A stretch of 64,000 nucleotides of DNA, taken from positions 1 through 64,000 of the forward strand of contig JAYGDX010000292.1 of NCBI GenBank assembly GCA_046582655.1, read 5' to 3'. Within the stretch, counting starts at the first letter, position 1, and every line of letters begins with the position of its first letter. The DNA is from Candidatus Poribacteria bacterium. Its GTDB lineage: Bacteria; Poribacteria; WGA-4E; UBA9662. The notes below the pieces were generated by a model that did not search any database, was not told the origin of the DNA, and worked only from the letters and a program-made list of their open reading frames with translations. Made by a program: the position numbers and the translations under genes. Below are positions 43,856-54,304 of this stretch, piece after piece.

Positions 43856-44318
43856 ACTGGTAATTTTGGTCCCCATCTAGCGTGATGCTCATTCCAAATT
43901 CATTACTAACAATAAATCATCGAAAATCTTGATGCTGTGTTAGCTTCATAGCATTTGCCTAGACTTTCTAAATATGTGTAAGCTAAAGAATAATAGACAT
44001 ACTTTGGTAGTTTAGCACATTCTCAAGGAGATTATAAGTCTCAGAAAGTGTTCTCCAAGGCGAATGAATCTAGCTTGTTGGGCAAAATCCGTTTTTTCTT
44101 GTAGAGTTAATTGTGTTCAATCTAATCTTGTGCTTAGATCAAGTCTGATTTTGGACAAGGCCTATATGTAGGTTTCTTTTCGGTATACTTACATGCTACT
44201 ATTCTTACATGTTTTTTGGCCTCCAAAGTAATTGAGTTTATCGATTATGATGAAATAATACCCAGTTTCTACCGTCTAATCTTTCAACCAACTAAGGATT
44301 TAAAGAGGATGAACACAG

Positions 44319-45449
44319 ATGAGCAGTCCGACGGCACTCTATATCCACATCCCTTTCTGTGCTAGCAAGTGTTTCTATTGCGACTTTAACACCTATTCTT
44401 TCCACAAGGAACAGGCAGATGCATACCTCAACACACTTTGGGTTGAAATGAGCATGTATGCACCGATGGGCGCGTCACTGCAAACCATCTTCATAGGTGG
44501 CGGGACACCATCAATTCTGTCGCCAGATTCATTGAGAAAGATGTTCACTAATTTGCAGGAGAATTTTCAGATTGAGGCTGGCGCAGAAGTCACAGTTGAG
44601 TGTAATCCGGGTACAATTGATGCAGAAAAATTAGCAATAATGCGTGACAGTGATGTGAATCGACTGAGTTTCGGGGTCCAAGCTATGGATGATGATATTC
44701 TGCAGCAGATCGGTCGCATACACTCTGTAAACGATGTGTTGAATAGTTATCAAATGGCCCGAAAACACAATTTTAATAACATCAATCTGGATCTCATTTT
44801 TGCGCTTCCAGAACAAACGCTTGATCAATGGCAATATTCGCTTGATAAAGTAATCAATCTGAGTCCCGACCATATTTCTGTTTACAATTTAACGTTAGAA
44901 GAGGGAACGAAATTTTATGATTGGTGGAATGCCGGTAAACTGGTACTTCCAGATAACGAAATTGAAGCGGATATGTACCGATTATCTATTGACAGGCTGA
45001 CACAAGCAGGATACCTTCACTATGAGATATCCAACTTCGCTAAACTTGGCTGTGATGTGAAGCATAATTTGATCTACTGGAATAATGAACCATATATCGG
45101 CTTAGGGGCCGGGGCAAGCGGCTATATTGATGGATGCCGTTACACAAATGTTCGTGGTATTCCGGAATACATCGAACAAGTTGATCAAGGCAAAAAGCCA
45201 ATCATGTATCAGGAAAGGTTGGTTGGGATTCAAGAAATGGCCGAAACGATTATTCTGGGATTGCAGAAGCGCGATGGAATCTGCTTTGACCGTTACCAGA
45301 AACTTTTTGGGCAACCAATCACCAAAGAATTTGGGCAGACGATCGATCAGTTAGCTGAACTCGGACTGGTTGAAACATCAAACAATCATCTCAGATTGAC
45401 AGACCAGGGGCTGATGTTGGCCAACTACGTCTTTACGGAATTTTTGTGA
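44319..45449 (+). CDS. hemW: Radical SAM heme chaperone HemW
   Basis: LYIHIPFCASKCFYCDFN, GGGTPS, YEISNFA, HNLIYW. Confidence 0.92.
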   Translation: MSSPTALYIHIPFCASKCFYCDFNTYSFHKEQADAYLNTLWVEMSMYAPMGASLQTIFIGGGTPSILSPDSLRKMFTNLQENFQIEAGAEVTVECNPGTIDAEKLAIMRDSDVNRLSFGVQAMDDDILQQIGRIHSVNDVLNSYQMARKHNFNNINLDLIFALPEQTLDQWQYSLDKVINLSPDHISVYNLTLEEGTKFYDWWNAGKLVLPDNEIEADMYRLSIDRLTQAGYLHYEISNFAKLGCDVKHNLIYWNNEPYIGLGAGASGYIDGCRYTNVRGIPEYIEQVDQGKKPIMYQERLVGIQEMAETIILGLQKRDGICFDRYQKLFGQPITKEFGQTIDQLAELGLVETSNNHLRLTDQGLMLANYVFTEFL

Positions 45450-45450
45450 A

Positions 45451-46803
45451 ATGGGTCAGATTAGCATTGTTATTATTGCTGGACTAATATTCCTGATATC
45501 CTTTGAATCAGGTGAGAATCAGGCACCTATCGACTATCAACAGATTAGCCTTGCCACACTGACAATGGTGGTTGGCCCCGCTATTATGGCATATCTGCTC
45601 GGTTTATGGGCGACCAGAACGATACCGATAGATCCTAGCGTCCGGACACGCAAAATATACTTGATTGAGAAATCAAGTGTCCTTTTCGAAATACTGATTT
45701 TGGCCGTCTATGTCTACCAAATCTATTGGTTGAATCTCCCTGAACTTGTATCTAAGTTGCTCGGTAGTCTGTTGGATTACACCACCACGCATCTAGTTTT
45801 GTCGATTATGCCAATGATTGTTGCATTAATGTTACTCAAGATCTCGTTTTATGAAGTAATTCAGCGAGTGGCTTTTCGGCACCCAAAACGACGTGACTAC
45901 ATAGAGACACATTTCAAGCTGATGATTCTTCCGCTGGTACCACTATTTGTTTATTTTTTAGCGTTGGATCTTATTGCTCGTCTTCCAGAACAGATTCATC
46001 ACCATACCTACATCCCGTTTTTGATTATGACGGTTATCGTTCTGCTGGCTTACGTGTATTCTCCGCTGCTATTGGGGCTGGTTTGGTCGGCCGTGCCACT
46101 GCCAAATGGAGAGCTGAAGGACAGGATCACCCAGTTAGCAGAGCGCGACAAGGTGAAATATAAAGACGTTCTTGTCTGGCAAACAAAGTCTCTTGCTCTA
46201 GCGAATGCGGCTGTTGCTGGGCTTTTACCTTGGACGAGGAATATATTTCTTACTGATAGGCTGTTACAATATTTTTCGGACGATGAAATCGAAACAATTG
46301 TTGCTCATGAATTCGGACATGTGCGCTATAAACATATTTTGATCTACCTGATGTTTTCAATTTGCTATTTCTTTGTCTACGCAATCTTTTATACTTACAA
46401 GGCGAATCTAGTTGAAATCAATCCGTCAAATTTGCTAGTGTTGTCGTCTCTTGAAACGGTTATTTTCTTCTTCTTCTACTTCGTTCTGGTTTTTCGATAT
46501 TTATCGAGACGACTGGAATACCAAGCGGATTTTTATGCAGTCACGGCAACACGGAGACCGGCAACATTCCAATCAGCACTAGCGCGATTGGCCCACTACA
46601 ACCATGTTCCCAAGTCTATTCGACGGCTATTTGAGATTTTCTCAACGCACCCATCAATCGAAAACCGTATTGATTTCATCAACCGTTTGGCATCGGGGGA
46701 TCAGCGAGCACTGCGCTACCGAGGCTACTTGCTGGAAGTCAAGCTATTATTTATAGCCCTTCCGGTTTTGGCCTATATCTTATTTACTCTGAATAGAGGC
46801 TGA
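45451..46803 (+). CDS. M48 family membrane zinc metalloprotease (HtpX/Ste24-like)
   Basis: ANAAVAG, AHEFGH, EYQAD, STHPS..RI. Confidence 0.9.
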   Translation: MGQISIVIIAGLIFLISFESGENQAPIDYQQISLATLTMVVGPAIMAYLLGLWATRTIPIDPSVRTRKIYLIEKSSVLFEILILAVYVYQIYWLNLPELVSKLLGSLLDYTTTHLVLSIMPMIVALMLLKISFYEVIQRVAFRHPKRRDYIETHFKLMILPLVPLFVYFLALDLIARLPEQIHHHTYIPFLIMTVIVLLAYVYSPLLLGLVWSAVPLPNGELKDRITQLAERDKVKYKDVLVWQTKSLALANAAVAGLLPWTRNIFLTDRLLQYFSDDEIETIVAHEFGHVRYKHILIYLMFSICYFFVYAIFYTYKANLVEINPSNLLVLSSLETVIFFFFYFVLVFRYLSRRLEYQADFYAVTATRRPATFQSALARLAHYNHVPKSIRRLFEIFSTHPSIENRIDFINRLASGDQRALRYRGYLLEVKLLFIALPVLAYILFTLNRG

Positions 46804-46807
46804 AAAT

Positions 46808-47026
46808 TCAGGTTGTGTCTGAAGATTGGTTTGATTTGTGGTAGGATAATAGTGTCTTGTTTTCTTCGATGCTGGCTTCGTGGAAAACATAGTCATTTTC
46901 CTCAGTTTTGTAATAGAGTGTTAGATGACCATTATCCACTTTGGTCTGTAAAACGTCGGCTGGTATTCCCAGTAACTTTGCCGCTTCGTTAAGATTATAC
47001 TCGACTATGGGGCCGCGCATCCGCAT
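46808..47026 (-). CDS. Small HTH (HTH_17/excisionase-like) protein
   Basis: YNLNEAAKLLGIP...V.NGHL. Confidence 0.6.
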   Translation of the reverse strand: MRMRGPIVEYNLNEAAKLLGIPADVLQTKVDNGHLTLYYKTEENDYVFHEASIEENKTLLSYHKSNQSSDTT

Positions 47027-47064
47027 CAATTCATCCCTGGACGAGCCAGTATATGCTAATCGCG

Positions 47065-48141
47065 TTACAGAATTTCAATTCCAGTTCCATTGTTATCAGC
47101 GGAGGCTCCGATGGCAATATCAATTTCTCTGTCTGTCCGTGCGTTTAAAAAACCATATTCCAGATCTGCGTCATTACGGATTGCATTCTCAAGATCGGTA
47201 AGACAAAGGGCAAGTGCAACTTGTGAATCTGTTAATGGATATTCCCGAAATGGATTTTCCCACACAATCTCTGGTTCTGTCTCCGCCACGTAAGCATCTA
47301 GGACATTTACGCCTTCAATTTCAGTCTCCTGCCTTCTAATCACAGTCGGATGAGCTGCGCCATCTCCGTTCAGCACTATTGGTTCAAGTCCAACACACAT
47401 CCCTTTCTCACCATATATTTCAGTGGTTGCCTTGGAACGGTGCCAGCGAAGCGGTGAGCCGTAAGAGAGAGTCGTAAAATCGTAAACTGCTCGCCTGCCA
47501 TCACGAAATTCTATCACACCGTGTTGCCAGCATTCCGTGTCGGTTTTATCAACTGCATTGGGGAATTGGATATGCGATTGTACTTGAAAGTCCTGCTGAT
47601 GTCCCCAAACATGAACTGGAGGTATATCAAAACCAATGTAACTCCTCAAGATGCTGGCAGCATGATATCCTTGTCCGACAAAACGACAGTAGGCTAAGTT
47701 AATCTTACCAAAGACATTTTCTTGAATCATTAACTGCTTGATTCGTTCATGTGGACGGCGGTAGTAAGTTTCTGCAATCTCAAGTTTGACATTATGAATC
47801 TTGGCTATTCGTGCAATTTGATCTGCTGACGCGAGATCAACTGATATTGGGGTTTCAACCAATAGGTGCAAGTCAAATTCGGCCGCCTCCATTGTAGCCT
47901 GATGTATTCCAAGGGCCGGCACAGCAATAATCACGAAATCTGCGGTGACGTTTGAAAACATCTCTTCCAAATTGGAGTAGGATGGAACATCAAATTCCGC
48001 GCCAACGGCATCAACACGATCTTGGTCAATGTCATGGATAGCTGCCAGATGAAACCGGTCGGACATGGTTTGAATAGTGGGAATATATCCTTCCGTGACG
48101 CGTTTTCCTGCCCCGACAATGACCACTTTCATTTGTTCCAT
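47065..48141 (-). CDS. Gfo/Idh/MocA oxidoreductase
   Basis: VVIVGAG, HLLVETP, IYGEKG. Confidence 0.85.
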   Translation of the reverse strand: MEQMKVVIVGAGKRVTEGYIPTIQTMSDRFHLAAIHDIDQDRVDAVGAEFDVPSYSNLEEMFSNVTADFVIIAVPALGIHQATMEAAEFDLHLLVETPISVDLASADQIARIAKIHNVKLEIAETYYRRPHERIKQLMIQENVFGKINLAYCRFVGQGYHAASILRSYIGFDIPPVHVWGHQQDFQVQSHIQFPNAVDKTDTECWQHGVIEFRDGRRAVYDFTTLSYGSPLRWHRSKATTEIYGEKGMCVGLEPIVLNGDGAAHPTVIRRQETEIEGVNVLDAYVAETEPEIVWENPFREYPLTDSQVALALCLTDLENAIRNDADLEYGFLNARTDREIDIAIGASADNNGTGIEIL

Positions 48142-48200
48142 TAGAACTGCTCCAAGACTCGACTTTCACTGCGCCATTTTAGCACACGGCACTAAAGAGT

Positions 48201-49784
48201 TCAAGGTAAAACAGCTGTTCTGGATGTGTCCCAGTCGTACTGATAGCCGATTTGAAAAGCAAGTTGATTATGATGTTCCACAGGCCTGATTTTATGATCT
48301 TTGTTCAAAATAATCAAGTGGGAGAATCGAAGATCGAATTGCCACCCGTTGGCTTGATATGAACTGAGATCGCAACCGATCTGATGCTTTCCTTCAACTG
48401 TACCGGATGGAAAAGTAACCTCAGAATACTTTTCTCCACGAAAACGATGGTCCACGTTTGCTTCCCCGTTACGATTGAATTGGCAAAACAAAGCCAATCT
48501 TGTATCGGCATTCAACCAGTAGTTTGCCTCCAAGTAAAGTTGGTCGGCATCATTTCCAATTCGATGACCAATAATTGAGCCGAAATGCGTGTACTGGTTT
48601 TCCTCCACCAAGTGCGTATATGTCCAACGATTGACACGGACGTATTCAGAGACTAATGACAGGCGTTGAGATTTCAGCAGGTTATTCCATATGATACCAG
48701 TCAAAAAAGCCAAATCGTTGGGGTCTCCGTGTCCGATATACGAAAAATCATCCACAAAAAGTTCGCCGTAGATGCGCAACCCCTTAATGGGACGAACAGC
48801 CCCCTCGAAGAGAAGCATGACATTATCGTTTCGTGTCAGACCTTCCTTCTGGGTGTCTGCATTGAACTGACTGGCGTAGTATGGCAAAATAGGATTGAGA
48901 TAATACCATTCTAACCCTCTTGCATCACCGCCATAAAGCACTATTTCTGAAATCCCCAGTTCAATTCGATCGCTCAGACGCCAATCAAGGCGGTGTCCTG
49001 ATAAATAGCGATCTGCTAAGTATCGCCGTGTATCCTGATGCCACATCCGATCCAGTTTGGAAATAAAAGCTGTCCCGCGTACTGAAGAGAAGTTACTGGA
49101 AATTAATATTAGATCAAATGGGGGTGAATTATCTGATATTCCTACTGAATGTCGGCGTCCGGTTCCCCAAAAGATCTGATCCCGTCCAACAGTTAAGCTT
49201 GTTCCTTCAGCGACAGGAATATCTAGGTAAACTCGCTTAAAGTCAGCGGTATAATTACCTTGCCATTGATTAATTCTTTTCTCTGCGGTTGATCCTTGAG
49301 CTGGGTATTTGGTTGCGTGCTCAGTACGATTAAAGAGATTATCTATCTCTAACTCTTGGTAGATAATAATCTTTTGACCGAATTGATAGAGCAGGGCTTG
49401 CTGATATGAAGGTGCGATCTTTGGTATCTCGGCGTAACTCCGCAATGACGCTAAACCTCGCGTGTGGAACTTCTCGGTCAGATTCGAATCATCAGGATTT
49501 AGCTGGAGTTGACGTTCCAATTTCTGTAGCAGCTGAAGGTGAATGCTGGTAGGTGCAAGTTCTTCAGATTTGATTCGTTGTTGGGCTACATCTACAATCT
49601 GTGCCACATGTGATCGGTTATAGGGACGTGTATGGCGGTGGAGACCATTAATGACCCCATCCGTTTCTAGCTTTTCAATTACTCGATTGGCCGACGAATT
49701 GAACTCAAAAATAAGATTGGGATCCGCATTGACCCATCTGTCAAGTAAGAAGATGAATATGAGCATCAAAGATTTCAGTTTCAT
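48201..49784 (-). CDS. Capsule assembly Wzi-family outer-membrane protein
   Basis: TRPYNR, GRDQIFWG, ISDNSPP, YLNP, DNVM, YGELFVDD, IGHRIGND. Confidence 0.8.
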   Translation of the reverse strand: MKLKSLMLIFIFLLDRWVNADPNLIFEFNSSANRVIEKLETDGVINGLHRHTRPYNRSHVAQIVDVAQQRIKSEELAPTSIHLQLLQKLERQLQLNPDDSNLTEKFHTRGLASLRSYAEIPKIAPSYQQALLYQFGQKIIIYQELEIDNLFNRTEHATKYPAQGSTAEKRINQWQGNYTADFKRVYLDIPVAEGTSLTVGRDQIFWGTGRRHSVGISDNSPPFDLILISSNFSSVRGTAFISKLDRMWHQDTRRYLADRYLSGHRLDWRLSDRIELGISEIVLYGGDARGLEWYYLNPILPYYASQFNADTQKEGLTRNDNVMLLFEGAVRPIKGLRIYGELFVDDFSYIGHGDPNDLAFLTGIIWNNLLKSQRLSLVSEYVRVNRWTYTHLVEENQYTHFGSIIGHRIGNDADQLYLEANYWLNADTRLALFCQFNRNGEANVDHRFRGEKYSEVTFPSGTVEGKHQIGCDLSSYQANGWQFDLRFSHLIILNKDHKIRPVEHHNQLAFQIGYQYDWDTSRTAVLP

Positions 49785-49921
49785 TGGTTTGACAGCTTAA
49801 TTGATGTCCAGTCTCAATGTCAAGTCGGGACTCAGATTTTCGTCTTGAACTTTTCTCTGGCTGCTACTAGAATAAGCAATTGGGTTTATGTTAATTTGTT
49901 TGTTGAAGATGGAGAAACTTT

Positions 49922-50962
49922 GTGAAAGAGATCAAAGTTGGAATCATTGGAGCGGGAGGTATCGCTTGCAGCGTTCACATCCCGAACTATCAGAAAATTG
50001 AAAACGTCCGTGTGATCGCCGTTGCCGACATTAAAGCGGAAGTCGCTGAAAATGCAGCAGAGCAGTTTAATATATCAAATGTCTTTACTGATTGGGAAGA
50101 TCTGCTCAAAATCGATGAAATTGAGGCTGTAAGTGTTTGCACCCCTAATGCTTTTCACGCTGAACCTTCCATAGCGGCTATGAAAGCGAATTGTCACGTG
50201 CTGTGCGAGAAGCCGATGGCGGTCAGCGTTGCCGAAGCTCAAGCGATGGCAGATATCGCCAAGGAGCACCAGAGAATACTGCAGATTGGTCTGGCATCCC
50301 GTTTCAGCCCCGGATCCCTGTATCTCAAAAGTATCATTGATAGCGGCAGGCTCGGTCAGATATATTATGGACGAGCGGTGGCCATGCGTCGACGCGGAAT
50401 TCCAAGTTGGGGTGGATTCACACGCAAAGATATGTCTGGTGGTGGTACCCTCTTCGATATCGGTGTTCATGCCATCGATCATGTTATCTGGCTAATGGGA
50501 GCCCCCAAACCAATTTCGGCTTTTGGATCAGCCATGACGAAATTTGGTGATCGGCATGATGTCATTAACCCTGACTGGGGGGCCTGGGACGTTGATAATT
50601 TCGATGTCGATGATTTTGCCACCGGGTCGGTTCGATTTGAAAACGGTGCCATGTTAACCATTGAGACATCATGGGCTTCCAATATTGAAGGCATCGGTGG
50701 ATCTTATATTCTGGGTACAAATGGTGGCGTACACGTTGTTGGCGATACAATTTTTGAACAACGCAACGGGAAACTGGCTAACACTCCGATTGAGCTTCCA
50801 TCTGGACCAGGAGGTCACGAAACCGAGGTAAGGCGCTTCATCGATGCCATTCGGAATGGCCTCCCCTCTCCCGTAGATCCAGAAGAGGCATTAAACGTCC
50901 AGAAGATTATGAATGCAATTTACCAATCCACTGAAACGGGCAGATCGGTAGATCTCTCTTAG
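49922..50962 (+). CDS. Gfo/Idh/MocA oxidoreductase
   Basis: VGIIGAGGI, VLCEKPM, GGGTLFDIGVHAID, DVDD. Confidence 0.93.
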   Translation: MKEIKVGIIGAGGIACSVHIPNYQKIENVRVIAVADIKAEVAENAAEQFNISNVFTDWEDLLKIDEIEAVSVCTPNAFHAEPSIAAMKANCHVLCEKPMAVSVAEAQAMADIAKEHQRILQIGLASRFSPGSLYLKSIIDSGRLGQIYYGRAVAMRRRGIPSWGGFTRKDMSGGGTLFDIGVHAIDHVIWLMGAPKPISAFGSAMTKFGDRHDVINPDWGAWDVDNFDVDDFATGSVRFENGAMLTIETSWASNIEGIGGSYILGTNGGVHVVGDTIFEQRNGKLANTPIELPSGPGGHETEVRRFIDAIRNGLPSPVDPEEALNVQKIMNAIYQSTETGRSVDLS

Positions 50963-50967
50963 GACTA

Positions 50968-51699
50968 TCATTTAGAATGGTAAATTGGATTAACGATCTT
51001 TATCAGGAAATTAGAAAAAACAGCGTGGCTGTAGCGATTCAGTTTTTCCGCCTCTATGTTAGCGTGCTGCTGAATCTGATGGGGATCGACAATTCCTTTC
51101 AATGAATCCAGTTCGGTCTGATATTCATCCAGCCAGGTGTCGACCATTTCACCTGTTACTTCCAAGTGGAATTGCAGTGCATAACAAGCTTGACCTAAGC
51201 GGAAAGCCTGATTTTGAAACAGGTCAGAACTGGCGAGATGAATTGCACTTTGGGGAAGGTTGAACGTATCACCATGCCATTGAAACACAGTGAGTTTGGG
51301 GGGCAAATGACTAAAAAGCGGATCTGTTTTTGCCTGATTCGAAAGGGAGATCGGTAACCAACCTATCTCTTTGTGTTCTCCTGAATAGACCTTTGTGTCC
51401 AATGCCTTGGCAATTAGCTGTGATCCCAAGCAGATACCAAGTAGTGGTTTATCTTCATTTCCGGCTTGTTTAATCAATCGATCTGCATCTAAGAGAAAGG
51501 GGAACTGGTCTGTTTGGTACACGTTCATGGGACCTCCGAGGATAATCAGCCCGGCATAATTTCCCATCGTTTTTGGCGCCTTCTCTCCTTTGGCAAGTCG
51601 GACAATGTTATAATCATAACCGTGCGATGTTAAAATATCCGCTAAGGAACCAAGTCCTTCGCATTCAACGTTTTGCAATACCAGAAATATCTTTTCCAT
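50968..51699 (-). CDS. Type 1 glutamine amidotransferase (GMP synthase-like class I GATase)
   Basis: ILGGPMNV, LGICLGSQL, QWHGDTF, QFHLE. True start taken as MEKIFL (51699). Confidence 0.88.
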   Translation of the reverse strand: MEKIFLVLQNVECEGLGSLADILTSHGYDYNIVRLAKGEKAPKTMGNYAGLIILGGPMNVYQTDQFPFLLDADRLIKQAGNEDKPLLGICLGSQLIAKALDTKVYSGEHKEIGWLPISLSNQAKTDPLFSHLPPKLTVFQWHGDTFNLPQSAIHLASSDLFQNQAFRLGQACYALQFHLEVTGEMVDTWLDEYQTELDSLKGIVDPHQIQQHANIEAEKLNRYSHAVFSNFLIKIVNPIYHSK

Positions 51700-51735
51700 G
51701 CCAATATCATAACATGCATCCATGGTTGAAATGAG

Positions 51736-52461
51736 ATGATGATCTCCACCATTGATTTGACCAAAGCCTTTGGCCAGCTTATTGCCGTTGATAAAATTAC
51801 CTTGCAGATTGAACCTGGCGAGCTTTTCGGCTTTCTGGGGCCAAATGGTGCTGGTAAAACGACGACGATTAATATGCTGACTGGTTTGATTCGGCCGACA
51901 TCTGGTACAGCAATCATTGATGGATTCGATGTGTCTCTTAATCCAAGACAAGTTAAAGCAGTTACGGGTCTCATGCCAGACACTCCAAAAGTCTACGAAA
52001 CGCTGACTGGTCGTCAATTTGTTCGTTTTATGGCTAATTTGTACGAAGTAGACCCAAAAGTCGCTGAAAGTCGAATGGGACATTTTCTGGAGATTTTCGA
52101 TTTGATTGACTCCGTGGATGATTTGATCAAAGGTTACTCATACGGCATGCAAAAGAAAATCCTTCTTATCGCTGTTTTGGTTCACAAGCCTCGTCTCTTC
52201 TTCCTCGATGAACCGACAAGTGGGCTTGATCCTAAAAGCGCCAGGCTAGTCAAGGAAATCCTCCGTGATCTTTGCGATGAAGGTCACACAGTATTTATGA
52301 CAACTCACATTCTGGAAATTGCAGAAAAAATTTGTGATCGAATGGCTATTATCAAGGATGGGAAACTCGTTGCGATTGGAACCATAGACGATCTGCGTAG
52401 TACAGAAAAAACCTCTGGCCTGAGTCTAGAGGACATCTTTCTGGAGTTAACGGAAAATTAG
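51736..52461 (+). CDS. ABC transporter ATP-binding protein (CcmA/DrrA-like)
   Basis: GPNGAGKTT, YSYGM, LDEPTSGLDP, TTH. Confidence 0.95.
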   Translation: MMISTIDLTKAFGQLIAVDKITLQIEPGELFGFLGPNGAGKTTTINMLTGLIRPTSGTAIIDGFDVSLNPRQVKAVTGLMPDTPKVYETLTGRQFVRFMANLYEVDPKVAESRMGHFLEIFDLIDSVDDLIKGYSYGMQKKILLIAVLVHKPRLFFLDEPTSGLDPKSARLVKEILRDLCDEGHTVFMTTHILEIAEKICDRMAIIKDGKLVAIGTIDDLRSTEKTSGLSLEDIFLELTEN

Positions 52462-52466
52462 GAATT

Positions 52467-54170
52467 ATGAATAATCTGGCTTTGTTAGTCCGTACAGATT
52501 TTCAGTCGTGGCTGAATACAATTCGCTATGATGCGGACACTCAAAAGAAAAAGTTGCTGGGGCTGGTTGCTTGCGTCATTATTGTTTTTGCTCTCTATTT
52601 CATCATGCAAGCATCATTTAGTTTGATCGGGCAGGGATTACTGAGAGATGCCGGTTCAATAACAATTGTGTCCAAAGTAGTCAGTTTTTTGGTAGGACTT
52701 GGCACTTTTATACTGATAAAAGATGCCATCCAAGGTTCAATTACCCAACTTTATGAAGCACCTGATACCATGATTCTATTGTCTTCATCCATATCCCCGA
52801 CTGTTGCCTTTACTTCAAAACTAATTTCTGTTTTGGGTGCCAACCTCTTGAATATGGTGGTTTGGTTAGTTTTACCATGGATTGTTTTCATGCAGTTGGT
52901 TGAACGTCTATGGAACATCCAGTTTGCCTGGTATTTCTATCTGGGGCTTCTTTTGGTTTGTCTGCTTTTATTTGTCATTGTTATGACCCAAACAATTATT
53001 CTGGTACTGGTTATTAATCGTTTTTTTTCATCTCGTCAAGTGATTCGAATACTGAAAGTCCTTGTAGTCGCAATTACCATAGGTGTTATTGCTATTTTAT
53101 CCATCTCGTTTCTGGCAATTGAGGATTCGTATCAGTTTGCGCAGATCTTTCTCTCCCAAGACAGTACCGGGAGTTGGAGTTGGTATCCGCAACAATGGGC
53201 GACCAATTTCCTGTTGAGCTTGCATCCGGAAAGTAATGGTGTTGAATGGCATTGGTTAACACAGTTAGCCAGCGTTGGTCTGGCGCTTCCAATACTGGCA
53301 GTATTCATCGCTTCAAAAATTTACTATCGCAGTTGGGAATTTTTTCAAAAAACAGCAAAATACAAAAAAAAGAAAGCAAAATCGATTGTCTTGAGTAACT
53401 GGGTATGGAGAGGGAAAATCAGATCTATGATGATGAAAGATTTCCTGATTTTTATCCGTTATCGAGGACGGATAGCAATGATTGTAATGCTGTCAGTCAT
53501 ACTAGCCATCGTATTGATGATGATTTCGTCGGAGATGCATCAAAAAGGGATAGAAAGGTTTGACGACAGTTCCATATTTGGTGTGTTCTCGCAGGTCATG
53601 TTGTACAGCATTATGGCCAGTCTGGGCTTAACGTGGTCGGGCTTCAAAGTTGAAAAAGACACATGGTGGATTCTCAAGTCGAGCATGGTTTTACCAAAGT
53701 TACTTTTTCGGAGTAAATTTTTGGTGGCCACGCTTTTCGCAACCGCCTATGCCAATGTTTGGATATTAGCAATCATGATTGTTACCAAGATGCCAGGCAG
53801 ATTTTGGTTGCCTGTCTTGGGAATGTCTACCTTGCTAATTACAAGCGTAACTGCTTTTAACACCGCAGTTGGTTCCTTACCTTGGGTTTGTGAGATTGAC
53901 GTGCATAATCAAACCCGCAGGCGAAGACCTGTGATGCGGTTTGTCACCATGATTTTGACAATGGTTGTTAACATCGTGGTATTGGTAATTCCTTTGATGA
54001 TTTGGCAATTTGTTTTTATTGCTGAAAATCGGTTTGGTTTGCTTGAAAACTATTCGATATTGGTTGTTCAGCAATTGGTTCTTTTGTTCATGGTAGCATT
54101 ACTGATATTATTGTGTTTGGGATCAAACATAATTGGTACCAGATTCCTCAACAAATTCATTGTAAGTTAG
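52467..54170 (+). CDS. Putative ABC exporter permease (about 12-14 TM)
   Basis: Hydrophobic duplicated halves; MMKDFL..R, EKDTWWILKSS; follows the ATPase. Confidence 0.8.
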   Translation: MNNLALLVRTDFQSWLNTIRYDADTQKKKLLGLVACVIIVFALYFIMQASFSLIGQGLLRDAGSITIVSKVVSFLVGLGTFILIKDAIQGSITQLYEAPDTMILLSSSISPTVAFTSKLISVLGANLLNMVVWLVLPWIVFMQLVERLWNIQFAWYFYLGLLLVCLLLFVIVMTQTIILVLVINRFFSSRQVIRILKVLVVAITIGVIAILSISFLAIEDSYQFAQIFLSQDSTGSWSWYPQQWATNFLLSLHPESNGVEWHWLTQLASVGLALPILAVFIASKIYYRSWEFFQKTAKYKKKKAKSIVLSNWVWRGKIRSMMMKDFLIFIRYRGRIAMIVMLSVILAIVLMMISSEMHQKGIERFDDSSIFGVFSQVMLYSIMASLGLTWSGFKVEKDTWWILKSSMVLPKLLFRSKFLVATLFATAYANVWILAIMIVTKMPGRFWLPVLGMSTLLITSVTAFNTAVGSLPWVCEIDVHNQTRRRRPVMRFVTMILTMVVNIVVLVIPLMIWQFVFIAENRFGLLENYSILVVQQLVLLFMVALLILLCLGSNIIGTRFLNKFIVS

Positions 54171-54304
54171 AGTTGAAAAAATGATCAAAATATATTGGGA
54201 TTATTGGCTTGCGTATTTTTTTTCTCTCTGCTATAATCGATCAAGTTTTTTGTATTAGGATTAAATGTTTGGATTGAGTGAGTTTAGGAAGGAGCAAGTT
54301 TGGG

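Noticed and set aside
51700..52083. Long N-terminal extension of the GATase ORF (50968-52083)
   Set aside because: It is the antisense shadow of the ABC ATPase gene; GATase homology starts at MEKIFL (51699).
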